Assembly (NCBI GenBank): GCA_028534125.1
Contig: CM052816.1
Span: forward strand, 31,684,001 to 31,748,000
DNA from: Lama glama
Lineage: Eukaryota
Length of the DNA stretch: 64,000 nucleotides
Direction: 5' to 3'
In this document: one piece after another, positions 26,046-39,244 of the stretch
Layout: each line of letters begins with the position of its first letter
Position numbering within the stretch: the first letter of the stretch is position 1
Program-made: the position numbers and the translations under genes
Notes under the pieces: model-generated
Database searches by the model: none
What the model saw: the letters and a program-made list of their open reading frames with translations, nothing else
What the model was told of the DNA's origin: nothing

Positions 26046-27769
26046 AAAAAGTTAAAGAGAGGAAAAGAGAGAGATTTGTAGGGAAAAAAGACTGAACAAC
26101 AAATTATCCAAATTTTAATACCATTAAATCCTGATGTATAATGTATGGGATAATGGTAGACTTCTCATTTCACGTCTCTAACTCTACCCTAAGACACGTG
26201 GTCCTAAGCTTTGCTGTTCACACAATCACAGGACCTGTAGGTATGAGTGCAGCAACATCATTGTCTGTTCCATGCATTTTGTCATAACCTGGGTTTCAAA
26301 TAAGTCTCCTAAGGACTTAGCTGACTGATTTTACTGAGACAGAAACAACCAGGAAGCCATTCTGACTTGTTGTGTCTCTGCTCTTTATCACAGAACCCCT
26401 GTTCCGAAGTCAAGATAAAAGTTGGCCTGCTCAGCTGCCCGTGGAAACTGTGCACGTGATCATCAGCAAGGTACCACTCTGTTCCTCACAGCAGTGAGTC
26501 ATCACCGGCCAACTTCTCCCAGCCAACTTGCACCTTAGAAGGGTTCATCCTTTTCTGAAAGTTGCTGCTTTCTAGATGTTATGTAGAAACAAAGAAGTCT
26601 TAGTTTGGTTCATTATGCCCTGTACCATCTACCTCCTGCTTTCCTCTCTGGCTTCAATCCTCACCTTCCCCTTGCACTAGTCTCCTTTGCATCCATAGTT
26701 ATGCTCTTCTTTATTTAGTTCTTCAAAAATAGCAAGCTTTCTGTAGCTTGAGGGCCTTCCCCAAAGTTTTCCCTCCATCTGAGCTGCTCTCAAGACCAAC
26801 CACCATTGCCCTAACTCATACTTAAAGTATCTATCCTTCAGTGAAATCTTATAAACCCACTCACCCCCTCCGCACTAGGTAAGGTCCCCCTATTATACGC
26901 TCTGGCTAATGGAATTCATAAATCTGCCACGATCTGCTGTATTTTATTATACTCATGTAATAAAATGTTGTCTCCCTGCTGAAAGACCTAAAAATAACCT
27001 GAAATCTGTTATCCTTATAAATGAATACATGAAAATAATACAAATCATGTCAAACTACAAGGAGAGGTCTGGAGGACACAGAATATATTCCTCCATCTCA
27101 GCAATTTGTATGGGGACTGAAATTTCCTTATAGGTTTGAGATTCAAAGGGGCCCAGCCTTCTTCTATATACTAAACTGCAGTTCAGTAGCAATGCTCCTG
27201 GCTCACACCAGGTGCCCAGGGGACTTTTCCTGGGATAGAGGAAGGTCGTAAGATTAAAAAGTTCTGCAGCTCTGCCTGAGGTGGCTGGCTTATTTGGAAC
27301 AGAAAGGGACAAACTCCACATCTAAGGCCATTGTCAAAAGCAATAGAGATATTAATAAAGAGAATTTATCTATGACACAAACAAAATGGCACAGTAGCCA
27401 GTTCAATTTTGAGAACCATGGAAGAGACAGCCAAGAAGAGCCCCTCTGGGGGTAATTTTGGGTGATGGAAAGGCTGTGCACATGTGCTAGGCTGCATCCA
27501 CTCATGAGTGGTCATGGCAGGATGGAGACAGAGTTGAAAGCAACCCAAGCCACACACAGACCCATCAACAGAGGGCAGAATACACTGGCACAAGGGGCTC
27601 AAGCACAGCCTCTAACCAAACACCATGTGAACAATGAGCTGCTCCAAGCCAGGGGCGACTCCTAGGCTTACATATTATTTATAAACATGGTCATTCCCTT
27701 CTTGGCAGACAGAAGACCATACGCATGCCCATGCCGTGCCCTCAGGAGCCTTCAGAGGAGAAACCTCCA

Positions 27770-28120
27770 AGCTACTGGTTCCAACTCAAATGTGGGGCAA
27801 AACAGACAAAAACAACAGCACAAATTCCTTGAATTAGATAGCAGCAAGCCACATACACCAGTAAAGACTGAAAATCGAACTGGCTATGGTGACTCAAACA
27901 TGACCTTGACTAATAGTGGCTTATGCTGAACCCTGGGCAGCCAAGCTAAAAGATAAAACAAAGGGGAAAATCTAAGCAGAGCCATCAGAGGCTGTGGACT
28001 GTGTGGGAAATAGACTTCAGTTGAGTCGTAGACAAATAAATAAATGACCAGGCAAACAACAACACTGGTGGCAGAGCAGATCAGTATCCAGAGCCATTAC
28101 AAGGTCATCTACAATGTCTA
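27770..28120 (+). mobile_element. Ancient L1 5'-region fragment (L1ME-type)
   Basis: aaatctaagcagagccatcagaggctg...gggaaatagacttca...cagtatccagag blocks. Confidence 0.5.
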
Positions 28121-28124
28121 TTAT

Positions 28125-28800
28125 AGGAAGATTGTTAACAGTAGTTGGGGGAATGGATTGGAAGTAATACAAGAATGAAGGCAAGGAGATTGACTATTTT
28201 TATTTCTGATTAAGAAATGTTGATTACTCAGTAAAGGCAATGGCAGTGAGTAGGGAGAAGAGAAAGTACTATAAAAACTTTAAAAAATAATACTGATCAA
28301 CTGGATAATGGGAGTGGAGGGACTGGTTGAGAGAAAAGAAAGAAATGAGAATGAATCCCAGACACCTAACAAGTAGACCCACTTGTCTTGGATTTGGGGG
28401 GATAGGGAGATATTTATTGCATTTGGGGACATATTCAGTCTAATATACTTCTGGGACATTTCAATGAAAATGTACAGATGAAATATGTATATACACAAGA
28501 GTCTAAAAATCACAGGTTTAAGACTATTTGTGAGTTATCTGGATACAGGTGTTAACGGAAGGTGAGTGGGTCATATAAGAAGAACATTTAGATGAAAAGG
28601 GAAAAAAAAATCAGATTTCTATCTTGAGCAAATGAGATCCGGAAATACTGGGGGAAGGACAAGGGTTTGGGCAAAAATCATGAGCTCTATCTTGTCCTAG
28701 TTGAGTCTGAAAACATTGTGGGACGTGGAGGAGGAGCTATGCAGTAGGCAGTTAGACTGGTCCAAAGGTGCACTGTGATCAAGCAAGAACTGAGGAGGCA
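28125..28800 (-). mobile_element. L2 fragments
   Basis: gaaggcaaggaga, aatcatgagctctatcttg and gagctatgcagtaggcagtt antisense L2 blocks. Confidence 0.55.
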
Positions 28801-29091
28801 GATGGGGTCTAGGGAACAGATTGGTGGCTTTTATTACCAACCTGTCACTTCTCAGCTCTACCCCAGAGATGTCAGTAGGGATCTCCGAACCTCCGTTTCT
28901 TCACATGACAAAAGAAGGTGCTGAACCTATGATCTTTACATTTCTGTTCAGCTTAAAATTCTAATCCTCACACTTAGCCTACCATTCATGACCCTTGTGC
29001 CTCCAAGTTATGGCCCATCTTATCTTGATTTATTATGATGTTTCTTGAGCCTGAACTATGCTTCCCTGAAATACCCCACCTCCCTCATCTT

Positions 29092-29600
29092 GTATCATTT
29101 ACAATACTCTTGGTGCCAAGAACAGAAATGCTAATTTCAACCAGCCTAGATAGCTAAGTGAAGGATTTTCAAGTTTCACTTTTGGGTTAAATGAGTACTG
29201 AGGTTCCATTTTTCTGTCTTTCTCTCTGCTCTGTGACCCTGTGTCTGAATCAATCTTAGGCTTGCTTCCTTCATGATGGAGTCTACAGTAGTCCCTGTTT
29301 CATACCAGTACACTACAGTAGCTAGCCAGTGGAATGAAATACAACATAAATGTCATGGAATTCACAGAAAAATGGCTAAGATGCATGCAAATTCAACTGA
29401 TGTCTGTGGTCTAGCAAAATGCATTAAGTCTGGATTACCTGAATGAGTTATAATGGAAAGGAAGCATGTTCCCTAACTGGGTTGGACCAATCAAAGTGTA
29501 TCTAGGGAGCAGAGACAGGATCCATCTCATTGAAACTACATTGCTGTCACCAAATAGATGTGCTGGATGGATGCTGAGGAGAAAATCATAATGACTTCTA
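29092..29600 (-). mobile_element. Old MaLR LTR (MLT1 group)
   Basis: tgtatcatttacaatactcttggtgccaagaacagaaa start and a decayed MLT1-like body. Confidence 0.45.
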
Positions 29601-31049
29601 AATAGAATGACGTATCTCTAGTTGTCAAAATCTTCCTCATCCTTCAGAGGCTACCTCCTTTCATGGAGTTTTTCCTCATTTAAAAAGCAAGGTATAATGT
29701 TTCCCACCTGTGTTCCACACTCTCCAGGCTGCATATATTTTTAGAATCTATTTTATCTTCCGGATCGTAAGCTTCAGGACAGGAACTATGTCCTATTTAT
29801 CTCTGCACTTTCCAACTCGCCAGCACAATCTACCTTAAGAGTTGCTTAATAAATGTTTACAAAACTAAATACAAGTAAAATATTCCAGATAGCTGAAAAT
29901 GTAGCCTCTTTTTTCTCCTATTAATTCTTGGGATGTACAACTCACCCCTTGGTGAGGAATACCAGAAGTCCAAAAGGAATAAAGTGGGTCGTTGATAAGT
30001 AATTCTTAAGATATAACATATTTTAACCACCTAACAGTTCTTGGCTTTTATGACTCCTTGAGGTAGTGAGTGACAAGATTTTTAATTTCAATCACTTTAC
30101 TATGGATAGTTAATTTTCACCCCAACCCCTTTTATTGGGTAGGAGACCTGAACTCATGGGGAAGGAGCTTAAAAGATAAATAAATCACCCACCCTCTGCT
30201 TTTGCAATGATTGAAGAATATGTCCTTTCTGCCTTCAAGAAAGGAGAAAGAGGAATTCATTTTTGGTTACTAACAATCTCAGCTCCAGTTTTAATGGACT
30301 GTGAAGGTCTGCTCTAAGGGACAAAAGCTTTTGAGGGAAAAAATAAAGGTAGTTGTGTTGGAGGATCCTGGGAAGACTGAGGGGAAGAAGCCCAAGGAAA
30401 GCTTTTGTCAGGTCTTGTACTGTACTAGCCCTTCCCTGCCTGGTACTGAAGAAAAGGGTGGGGCACCTCCTGGGAAGTCCCGGTGAGCATCAAAAGCCAA
30501 GTTGGATCCAGGCCTGGACAGCCAACGACTGAGCCGTCACCCTGAGCACATTCTAACAACCACACAGGCCCCCGGATGACTGGCCATCCACTCTGCACTT
30601 CCGTCCACCTGCACCAGTGCAGCAGCAGCTTACTCCTCGGAGGGAGAAATGTCTCATCATCCCACAAGCCCTACGTCTGTCCTGAACCTAGTAAATGTCA
30701 TGGGCACATTCCTAAATGCCCCCAAACAGCTCTCAGCCTGGAGAGCATCCTAGAGCAGCCCCATACCTGTTCTTGAGGGGCCAAAGCAAGCAAGTTCAAG
30801 ACCCAGAACAGAAGTTGTGGGTAGTGATATCCACAAACGCTATTTTTAAAACATGAATGTTATATTTGTTTAGAGAATCTGAAAGATGAGTTACATCCCC
30901 TTGGAAAACTAGAGACTCCCTGAGATATGTAAAACTCACAACTGTGGATTCCCCAACGTCAACCCAGAAATGAGGGAAGTAGATTCTCCCGTAAATACAA
31001 GGCCTTACTTTAGGATCAGTACACACTAGGTAGGTCAAGGTAACCCTTT

Positions 31050-31998
31050 CAGACTTCTGGTTTCTGGTTCCACACCTAAGGAGCTTGGAAGTCACCACTC
31101 CATCTTAAGAACAAGTAAAAAGCTAAACAAACTGAAAAATCAACAACTCTTCCTAGATCTGTAAAAGAAATGAGGTCACAGGGCAAGCAACTTCTTCCCA
31201 AACTGGGGCAACAGACAGGCAAATAAATAGAAAGAATAACAACTTACCAGAGTGGAAACCTCCATGGGAACTAGTGCTGGGGCAGGAAAACCTGAACTGT
31301 AATTAACTAGTTGCCGGAGGCTCAGCGTGGACAAGTCTGAGATTAAAAACTGCAGGAAGACCCACTCAGAGGGAGGCCTCCACACTTCTGTGGGTTTTAC
31401 CTCTAGGAGCTCAACGTGGTTCTCACAATGAATCTTGGAGAAAAATCCCCTCATGCTTCTGACAGGAGGAGTGGAAATGGAACCATTTTAAAGTGCACTA
31501 GAGCATTCTGTTCTTAATAAAGCCTGTCCTCAGGAAAAACCAGTTAACCAGAGCCTAACCTGCTGGGGTATTATCAGAGCCTAACAAATCCAGGGGCAGT
31601 GCAATACTCAATACCAGTGCCCTTTAGCCCTTCCGTCCCAACTAAAGGGGGAGGGGAAAACCTGAGAAATACCTGTGAAATTCACAGTCCAGAGGCACAG
31701 ACTCTCTGAAAGACTGAAACCTACTCATAGGGCTACAGAACACTTCCCCTCCCTCCACACCTCACCACCACATCACTAAGGGTCTATTTACAGCAGTTCC
31801 TTTCACCTAGTTCACCCTGTCTGGTCATGAAGAAAAAAATTACAAAGCATACCAAAAAATGAAAAGCACAGTTTGGAGAGACAGAACAAGTGTCAGAGCC
31901 AGACAGGGTAGGGATGTTGGAATGATCAGACTGGGAGTTTAGAACTATTATGATGAATAGATGAGGGTGCGAATGGATAAAGGAGACAATATGCAAAG
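31050..31998 (+). mobile_element. L1 5'UTR and ORF1 start (L1MC-type 5' end)
   Basis: gacttctggtttc...ggagcttggaagtcaccactcc...aacaaactgaaaaatcaacaactcttc matches a recalled L1MC 5' end; runs into gggatgttggaatgatcagactgggagttt. Confidence 0.8.
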
Positions 31999-32323
31999 GA
32001 AAACTTCCAGAATATTCTGGAAGGTTTGAAACTGTTCACCTTGAGATTTGTCTTTTGTTCTGCACTTAAGGACTGAGGGGTACCAGCTACCAGACTCAAC
32101 ACAATGGGGACAGGGAATCGAATACCAGAGCAGGACTAATCCTCAAAGCGTTGGCGAAGTTCTGACCTCCCAAGGCTGCTCAGAGACTTGGAGGCAATAC
32201 AGGAGCAGACCCAGGTTTCCTGACTCTGGCCCGCTCATCCTTCCTCCGCACTGACTCTCTTTCAGCAGCGTAAAACCCGTCTTCTGCTCACCTTCTACTA
32301 CTGCCTATTTTTTTAAGCTCTCA

Positions 32324-32535
32324 TTTTTTTTTAATTTGAGGTGTAATTGACATATAACATCATATTAGTTTCAGGTGTTCAACACAATCATTTGATATTT
32401 GTATATATTGCAAAATGATCACCATAATAAGTCGTTAACATCTGTCACCACACAGCTACAAAATTTTTTCATTGGGATAACAACTTTTAAGATCTATAAT
32501 CTCTTAGTAACTTTCAAATATGCAATACAGCACTT
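32324..32535 (-). mobile_element. L1 extreme 3' end (L1MA9-like laurasiatherian type)
   Basis: T-run followed by aattgacatataacatcatattagtttcaggtgt. Confidence 0.85.
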
Positions 32536-34017
32536 TTTGTTTGAGTTGCCATAGACTTTTTTTTTTTACCCTTTCCCCTCATTTTTTTTTTCTTATTTTG
32601 GTGCCTATTTTGGTCTCATTTCCTATTTTGGTCCCTACCCACTGCTCCAAGCCCTTCTCCACTATAAAGTGCACAGCCACTTCCGCTTCAGAATAAAGCA
32701 TCTCAGGAACTCATTTCTTTGAAGGGTAATCAGCAGCTTCAAGTGACACAGCTCCTCAAGGTGTCTGCATTATAAAAGAGGAGCTCTGAGGCAATAACCT
32801 ACCTCTAAAGGTTGATTTTAGAATCTGTGATTCCAGGTTAAGGGATTTTTTGGGAGGGGAGGGGGCTGGATCTCTTCCTAAATCTCCCAAATTGAACAGG
32901 GCAGCTTAACCATTCACTCTAAAGCTCTAAACACTTTTGTTTTTGGAAAAAGGGGCCTTGCATCTTCATTTTGCCCTGGTGCAAAGTGGAAACAGACCCC
33001 AGAGATGACATAGGTAGGCCCGGACTCAAGATGGTTCTCCACTAAAGCTCAAAAACATGGACAAGGCAGACTATACTCTAATGAAACTGATGGTGGCTCC
33101 CACACTGATAGAGTCAGTGGTAACAGTATATTGTCCTATGTTCCCACACCTCACCCGTGTGACACATCTACTGCTAACATCACTAATTACTGATATAGGA
33201 CAATTCATTTTATGGCTTACTTGAGTGATTAAATATTGAAGAATGTATATATAACAGATATTCTTCAGAGAAGACACTAAAACGTGACAATCTTTCTCTG
33301 GTCGTTTATTCCTGAGTTTCCTTGACTGTTTTCTTATGTAATTTTGAAAAGTACCTTCCTGGAAATAAGGAAACAAGTTTGCCAAGCTGACAAATATACA
33401 CATTTATAAAAGCTTTCTAACCACAATTACTTTATATTATCCTAAAGCCAGTCCAACACTATTCAAAGTTCCTGGTAATTGGGGTCTAAGTTAAAATAAC
33501 CATGGGATGCATAGCATCTGCTGTCATGTCACTGATGGTAACAGCTCCTCTGTTTCACTTCAGGCTCTTTTCTGCCTCCTAAGCCTTCTAAACCATTATA
33601 GCGAGTTTCCTTCCTGGTCCCAAGATCACTTATACAGAAGCCAAGTTTTTAGTCCCTTCCCCCGATAACAGAAGAGAACTTTGTAAGAAAAGTTTGTTTT
33701 AAATCCAGTTACATTTTGGTTTTTTATTAGTACTGTATCTAGCACCTGAATCCCACTCTATAAATTTTGGTTACATCCCGATTGAATGAATCAATAAATA
33801 AATGAACAAAGGAATAAATGAATGAGTGAGATAAGAAGTTAAAGGAAGTCTCTAACAGCAATCCTTTTTAAAAGCTGACTAAGGGACAATCTTACAGAAT
33901 ATAGGAAGTTGTGGGGAAATCTCAGGAGGTCCCCACTCCTCTGCTCCCAATAAGGTCTGCAATTCCCCTGATACCAGCAACCTAACATATTTCCCCTCCT
34001 TTTTTTCCTTTGTGTGT

Positions 34018-34972
34018 TTTTTTTTTTATCTTTTAAAGTGAAGTATAGTTGATTTACAATGTTGTGTTAGTTTCTGGAGTATAGCATAGTGATTCAGTTA
34101 TATATAAATATATTCATTTTCATATTCTTTTTCATTATACGTTATTATAAGGTATTGAATATAGTTCCCTGTGCTACACAGTATAAACTTGTTGCTTATC
34201 TATTTTATATATAGTAGATAGTGTCCATAAATCCCAGACTCCCAATTTATCCCTCCTCACTCCCTTTCTTCTCTGGTAACCATAAGTTTGTTTTCTATGT
34301 GTGTGAATCTCTTTCTGTTTTGTAAATACATTCATTTGTTTTTTTGTGTTTTTTTGTTTGTTTGTTTGTTTTTAGATTCCACATATAAGTGATATCACAT
34401 GGTATTTTTCTTTCTCTTTCTGGATTACTTCACCTAGTATGACAATTTCCAGGTCCATCTATGTTGCTGCAAATAGCGTTAAATTTTTTTTGGCTGAATA
34501 GTATTCCATTGTGTGTATATGTGTGTGTGTGTGTGTGTATGACATATACCACAACTTCTTTATTCAGTCATCTGTCAATGGACATTTAAGTTGCTTCCAT
34601 GTCTTGGCTATTATAAATAGTGCTTTTGTGGAGATTGGGGTGCATGTATCTTTCTGAATTAGAGTTTCTTCCAGATATATGCCTGGAGTGGGACTGCTGT
34701 ATCATATGCTAAGTCTATTTTCAGTTTTTTAAGGAATCTCCGTACTGTTTTCTATAGTGGCTGCACCAAACTACATTCCCACCAACAGCATAGGAGGGTT
34801 CCCTTTTCTCCACATCCTTTCCAGCTTTTATCATTTGTAGACTTTTTAGTGATGGCCATTCTGACTGGTGTGAGGTGATACCTCGCTGCAGTTTTGCTTT
34901 GCATTTCTCTGATAATTGGCGATATCAAGTATTTTTTCATGTGCTTATTGGCCATCTGTATGTCTTCATTGG
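34018..34972 (-). mobile_element. 5'-truncated cetartiodactyl-type L1 3' end
   Basis: Antisense [37 protein letters not shown]; 3'UTR homologous to the other young copies. Confidence 0.95.
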
Positions 34973-37139
34973 CACACTCCCTTTTTATTGTGGTAGAAAA
35001 TGTTACTAGCTTTTATAAATGTTTCTAAAAGAGATATGGCAAAGGTAGTAACAATCTTTTGAATAATTCTCTCTATACATTTTTATTAAGGAAGGAAATG
35101 ACATATGCAAACGCCAAGCCTTTAAGGATCCTGCTGTCTTGCCTTTTAATCTCATTTCTTTATTTAAAGTGAAAGGTATCTCCCTGGTTTGGACTGTGCC
35201 CAGCAAGGTCTAGTGCATTAAAACCTAAAGAAGCTCAGAGTAGATTTCATGATTCAGCTACAAACATTGTCCTCTTGGCACTAAGTTTATAAAAAGTAAT
35301 CAAGACAGCTTGTTGAGAAGAGCCAATAAGATCTTCTCTCATGTCTTTGTTGTCCCTCTGCCAACACAGATGCAGGACACTTGGAATAAGAGATGGTGCC
35401 CACTTTTGAATGGCGGCTGAGGGCAGGGCAGGTGATATCTAAAAGCTGTTTGCACACGGCGTGTCACAGGAAGCAAAACAGATTGCAAAACTCTCAGTTT
35501 CCATCTCTCGATGTCCAGAAATAACTGTCTCTTTGAAGTTAGAAGAATAAATAAATAAGATCCATCTCAGAAAGAAGAGTTACCACTGATCTGGAGCATA
35601 ACCCAAAACCCTAGTCATCTCTCCACGTGAAGGGGTTTTAGAGTGAAGCTGATGATATGCAGAAACAGGCAATTCTGAGCACCAATCATAATCAGAGAGA
35701 GGTGAAAAGTCTAACCCTAATACCAAATAATGAAGTAAATGGTGAATCAAGGAGGGACACCCTGAAACGAAGTTATGATGAACTTGGGAGCGAAACGGGT
35801 AGCACCAGATAGCATTAAAAAGTCTGGCTTTACAAGTCTCACCTACACAGCAGATGAACCTTAACAGAGCAAGAACCCACTCCAAAAAATGTTAGTTCAG
35901 GTATAAATGACCACGAAGGACACAACCAGGTCCTCTGCTCCATGGAGCATCAATCCAGAAAGTGCACCTTCAGCTCCAGTACAGTGGACAGCTTCTTTTA
36001 AGGGCAAGTATAAGATAACTAGCTAATGTTAGTCACAGAAGTATATATACAAATAGTGAAGCAATTAACCACAACCGTAGTGTTGATGTTTTAAAACAGT
36101 TGTTAAAAAATGTATTTAATCATACCTTCTGTAATTATTGACAGAATTATATGTTTTAAAGGTGAATAAAACATTTAAGAAAAATTTCCTTCTTGGACTT
36201 CTGTAATTTTATTGAAATGTTTAACAAATTTTTGATGAATTTTGTCATTGGCATTCAAGGTTTAAGGAAATAAGACATACAAGTTTTCTGCATTTAATGT
36301 ATTAGAGTTTACTTACTTATTTATTTTTGGAGTTTAAATAATGATCAAATATGAGGAAAAATGTCTTTAATAGGTTCAGCAATAGCAACTATTCTGGCCT
36401 GGGTATAAAATTCTGTCAGATGTCTAATATTCCAATGACATATAAGGAAGAATTCAGAACCAAGTAACTTTTATGTTATTATATTAACAAAAAATTGAAT
36501 TTGCAATTTTTGTAAGATAGCTCCACTACAATTCATGTTAATTTCATTTAACTCACTTTTAAAATATTTCTTTGACTGTTGGGTACCAGGCTACAAAATG
36601 CTGGGGGAATATGAGAATGATCACTGCCCTGAGAGAACTTAAATCTCCTGGGGAACAGACTTGGAAAACAACAGGGCCTGTCTGTTCAACTGAGAGGGAA
36701 AAGGCCAAAAAGTGTAAAGCCACCGATCATTATTCCTGCCTGGGGATGGCAGCCGAGGTAGCAGAGAATCTGTAAAGTTGACTTTGGTAGATAACCTAGT
36801 CCTAAATTCCTCTGTACCAATCAAATCACCACATGAAAAAACACTTCCCAAAAAAAGGACAACTCTTAGGAAATCAAAGTTTTCATATACTCAGTATGCT
36901 TAATTGTGTTTTTACTCTCCTTATGCATGACTTTTGCCAAAAGAGTATGTGAAGAATTTGCATAACTACGAAGGGCTACTAATTTTAAATATCAGCCAAA
37001 CAGCATGAAGCATTCCATTACATTCTAATAGAAAATGCTTTCTCTCTCTGTTTTTATACCCTTTGAATCATTCTAGTTTTACCCTATAAACTTTCTCCTC
37101 TCACTTACCTATATTGAAAAAAGACTCCTATGCTTTCTT

Positions 37140-37250
37140 TGTGGAAAAAAGTGAACTCAGTAGGCCCAAGCATGCTCTCTTTAGAAGGGCTCCCTTCCTA
37201 GGTTGGCCCTTGGCTGCCATCAGGGAACTTGGCTTTTGGGTCATTCCCAG
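37140..37250 (+). mobile_element. ERV LTR 5' fragment (MER68-like)
   Basis: aaagtgaactcagtaggcc...ggttggcccttggctgccatcagggaacttgg. Confidence 0.5.
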
Positions 37251-37254
37251 TGGA

Positions 37255-37860
37255 TCAATCCTGGTCATCTTTGACTCCTCTTGACGCATTATTTCTCACA
37301 CGTAATCTGTCCCACCATGTCGTCTGCCTCCATCTCCACAATTAAATTCCTAGCTCAGGATAGGGTAGCCCAGAGTGAAATATACATCATCACCTGGAGC
37401 TGTCTCTTTTAACACCACACACCTTCAGATTCTCATGTTTCTGGCCACTGCACTACTTTGACTCATCACTTCAAAGGCCATCCTACCAACTTCTTTAACA
37501 TCAAAATCTAATTGTTTTTTTTCCTTTAAAATGCTCCCTAATTCCTCCCAACCATTCTCCTCACTCATAAGCTTCTCCCACATGACTGAACATTTCTATT
37601 AACATTCCAAGCATCTCCCAACTACAACGCTCTTGTGATTTTTTCCTTGAACCACCCATTGCATGCCAATTGCACACATATTGCAAATACTTGCATTTTA
37701 GCTGAATTAATTCTTCTACCTATGTTATCATGTCTTTCTTGTATAGTATCAGGTTATTACTTATTTTTCTGTGTGAATAGATTTGTTTTTTTAAAAAAGC
37801 AAATGCAAAATAACTAAAAAAAGCCAACACACTTTTATTTGACCCCTTCTATATAGCACT
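37255..37860 (+). mobile_element. L2 fragment
   Basis: catctttgactcctct...ccaccatgtcgtctgcctcc and a decayed L2 tail. Confidence 0.5.
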
Positions 37861-38041
37861 AAATGTATTACTATGTACAAATGGATTATTTCCTAAAGTG
37901 AATTAAATTTTAAAATTATAAAGTGTAAGACTAGCAAGGTACTTAGAGATAATCAAGCTCAGGTTTTTTTCCTTAAGTAATTTTGATAGACATCTATTCC
38001 CAGGAGTACTTAAAGGTTGCTATTAAAGAAAAAAGCCAAAC

Positions 38042-38883
38042 GGACAAGGATGCCCACTATCACCACTCCTATTCAACATAGTCCTGGAAGTCCTAGCCAC
38101 AGCAATCAGGCAAGAGAAAGAAATAAAAGGGATCCAAATTGGAAAAGAAGAGGTAAAAGTGTCATTATATGCTGACGACATGTTACNNNNNNNNNNNNNN
38201 NNNNNNNNNNNNNNNNNNNNNNNNNNNNNNNNNNNNNNNNNNNNNNNNNNNNNNNNNNNNNNNNNNNNNNNNNNNNNNNNNNNNNNNNNNNNNNNNNNNN
38301 NNNNNNNNNNNNNNNNNNNNNNNNNNNNNNNNNNNNNNNNNNNNNNNNNNNNNNNNNNNNNNNNNNNNNNNNNNNNNNNNNNNNNNNNNNNNNNNNNNNN
38401 NNNNNNNNNNNNNNNNNNNNNNNNNNNNNNNNNNNNNNNNNNNNNNNNNNNNNNNNNNNNNNNNNNNNNNNNNNNNNNNNNNNNNNNNNNNNNNNNNNNN
38501 NNNNNNNNNNNNNNNNNNNNNNNNNNNNNNNNNNNNNNNNNNNNNNNNNNNNNNNNNNNNNNNNNNNNNNNNNNNNNNNNNNNNNNNNNNNNNNNNNNNN
38601 NNNNNNNNNNNNNNNNNNNNNNNNNNNNNNNNNNNNNNNNNNNNNNNNNNNNNNNNNNNNNNNNNNNNNNNNNNNNNNNNNNNNNNAACTGTAGAATAGA
38701 TAAACAAGATTACACTGTATAGCACAGGGAAATATACACAAAATGTTATGATAACTCACAGAGAAAAAAATGTGACAATGAGTGTGTATACGTCCATGAA
38801 TGACTGAAAAATTGTGCTGAACAGTGGAATTTGACACAACATTGTAAAATGATTATAAATCAATAAAAAATGTTTAAAAAAAA
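38042..38883 (+). mobile_element. Young 5'-truncated camelid-type L1 spanning an assembly gap
   Basis: Uninterrupted [48 protein letters not shown] (RT, YADD intact) before the gap; L1 3'UTR, aataaa and A8 after it. Confidence 0.95.
38187..38686. other. Assembly gap of exactly 500 N
   Basis: Directly visible. Confidence 1.
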
Positions 38884-38964
38884 GAACATAACAGAAGGCC
38901 TGATGTATAATAAATGATCTGTAAATAGGTTAAGGATGATGATGATGACAGTAGTCATGACCTG

Positions 38965-39244
38965 TGTCAAAGGGTCCAGACTTCCAGTTATAAGCTGAGC
39001 AAGTTCTGGAGGTGTAATGTGCAGCCTGGTGACTGTTGTGAATGATAATGTACGTTTGAAATTTGCTGAGATAGTGTATCCCATACACCTACATAAAAGG
39101 GGTATTGTGTGAAGTGATGCACACGTTGATTAGCTTGATTGTGGTGATCATTGCTTAGTATATGTATTTACCAAAACATCATGGTGTACACCTTAAATAT
39201 GTACAATTTTTATTTGTCAAGCATAGCTCAATAAAGCTGGAAAA
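38965..39244 (+). mobile_element. Older L1 (L1MA9/L1MB-like) 3' end carried inside the transduced segment
   Basis: gtcaaagggtccagacttccagttataag...gattagcttgattgtggtgatcatt...gtacaccttaaat...ctcaataaagctgg. Confidence 0.85.

Noticed and set aside
38106..38837. Long ORFs of 176-243 aa in the ORF track
   Set aside because: Artefacts of translating through 500 N.
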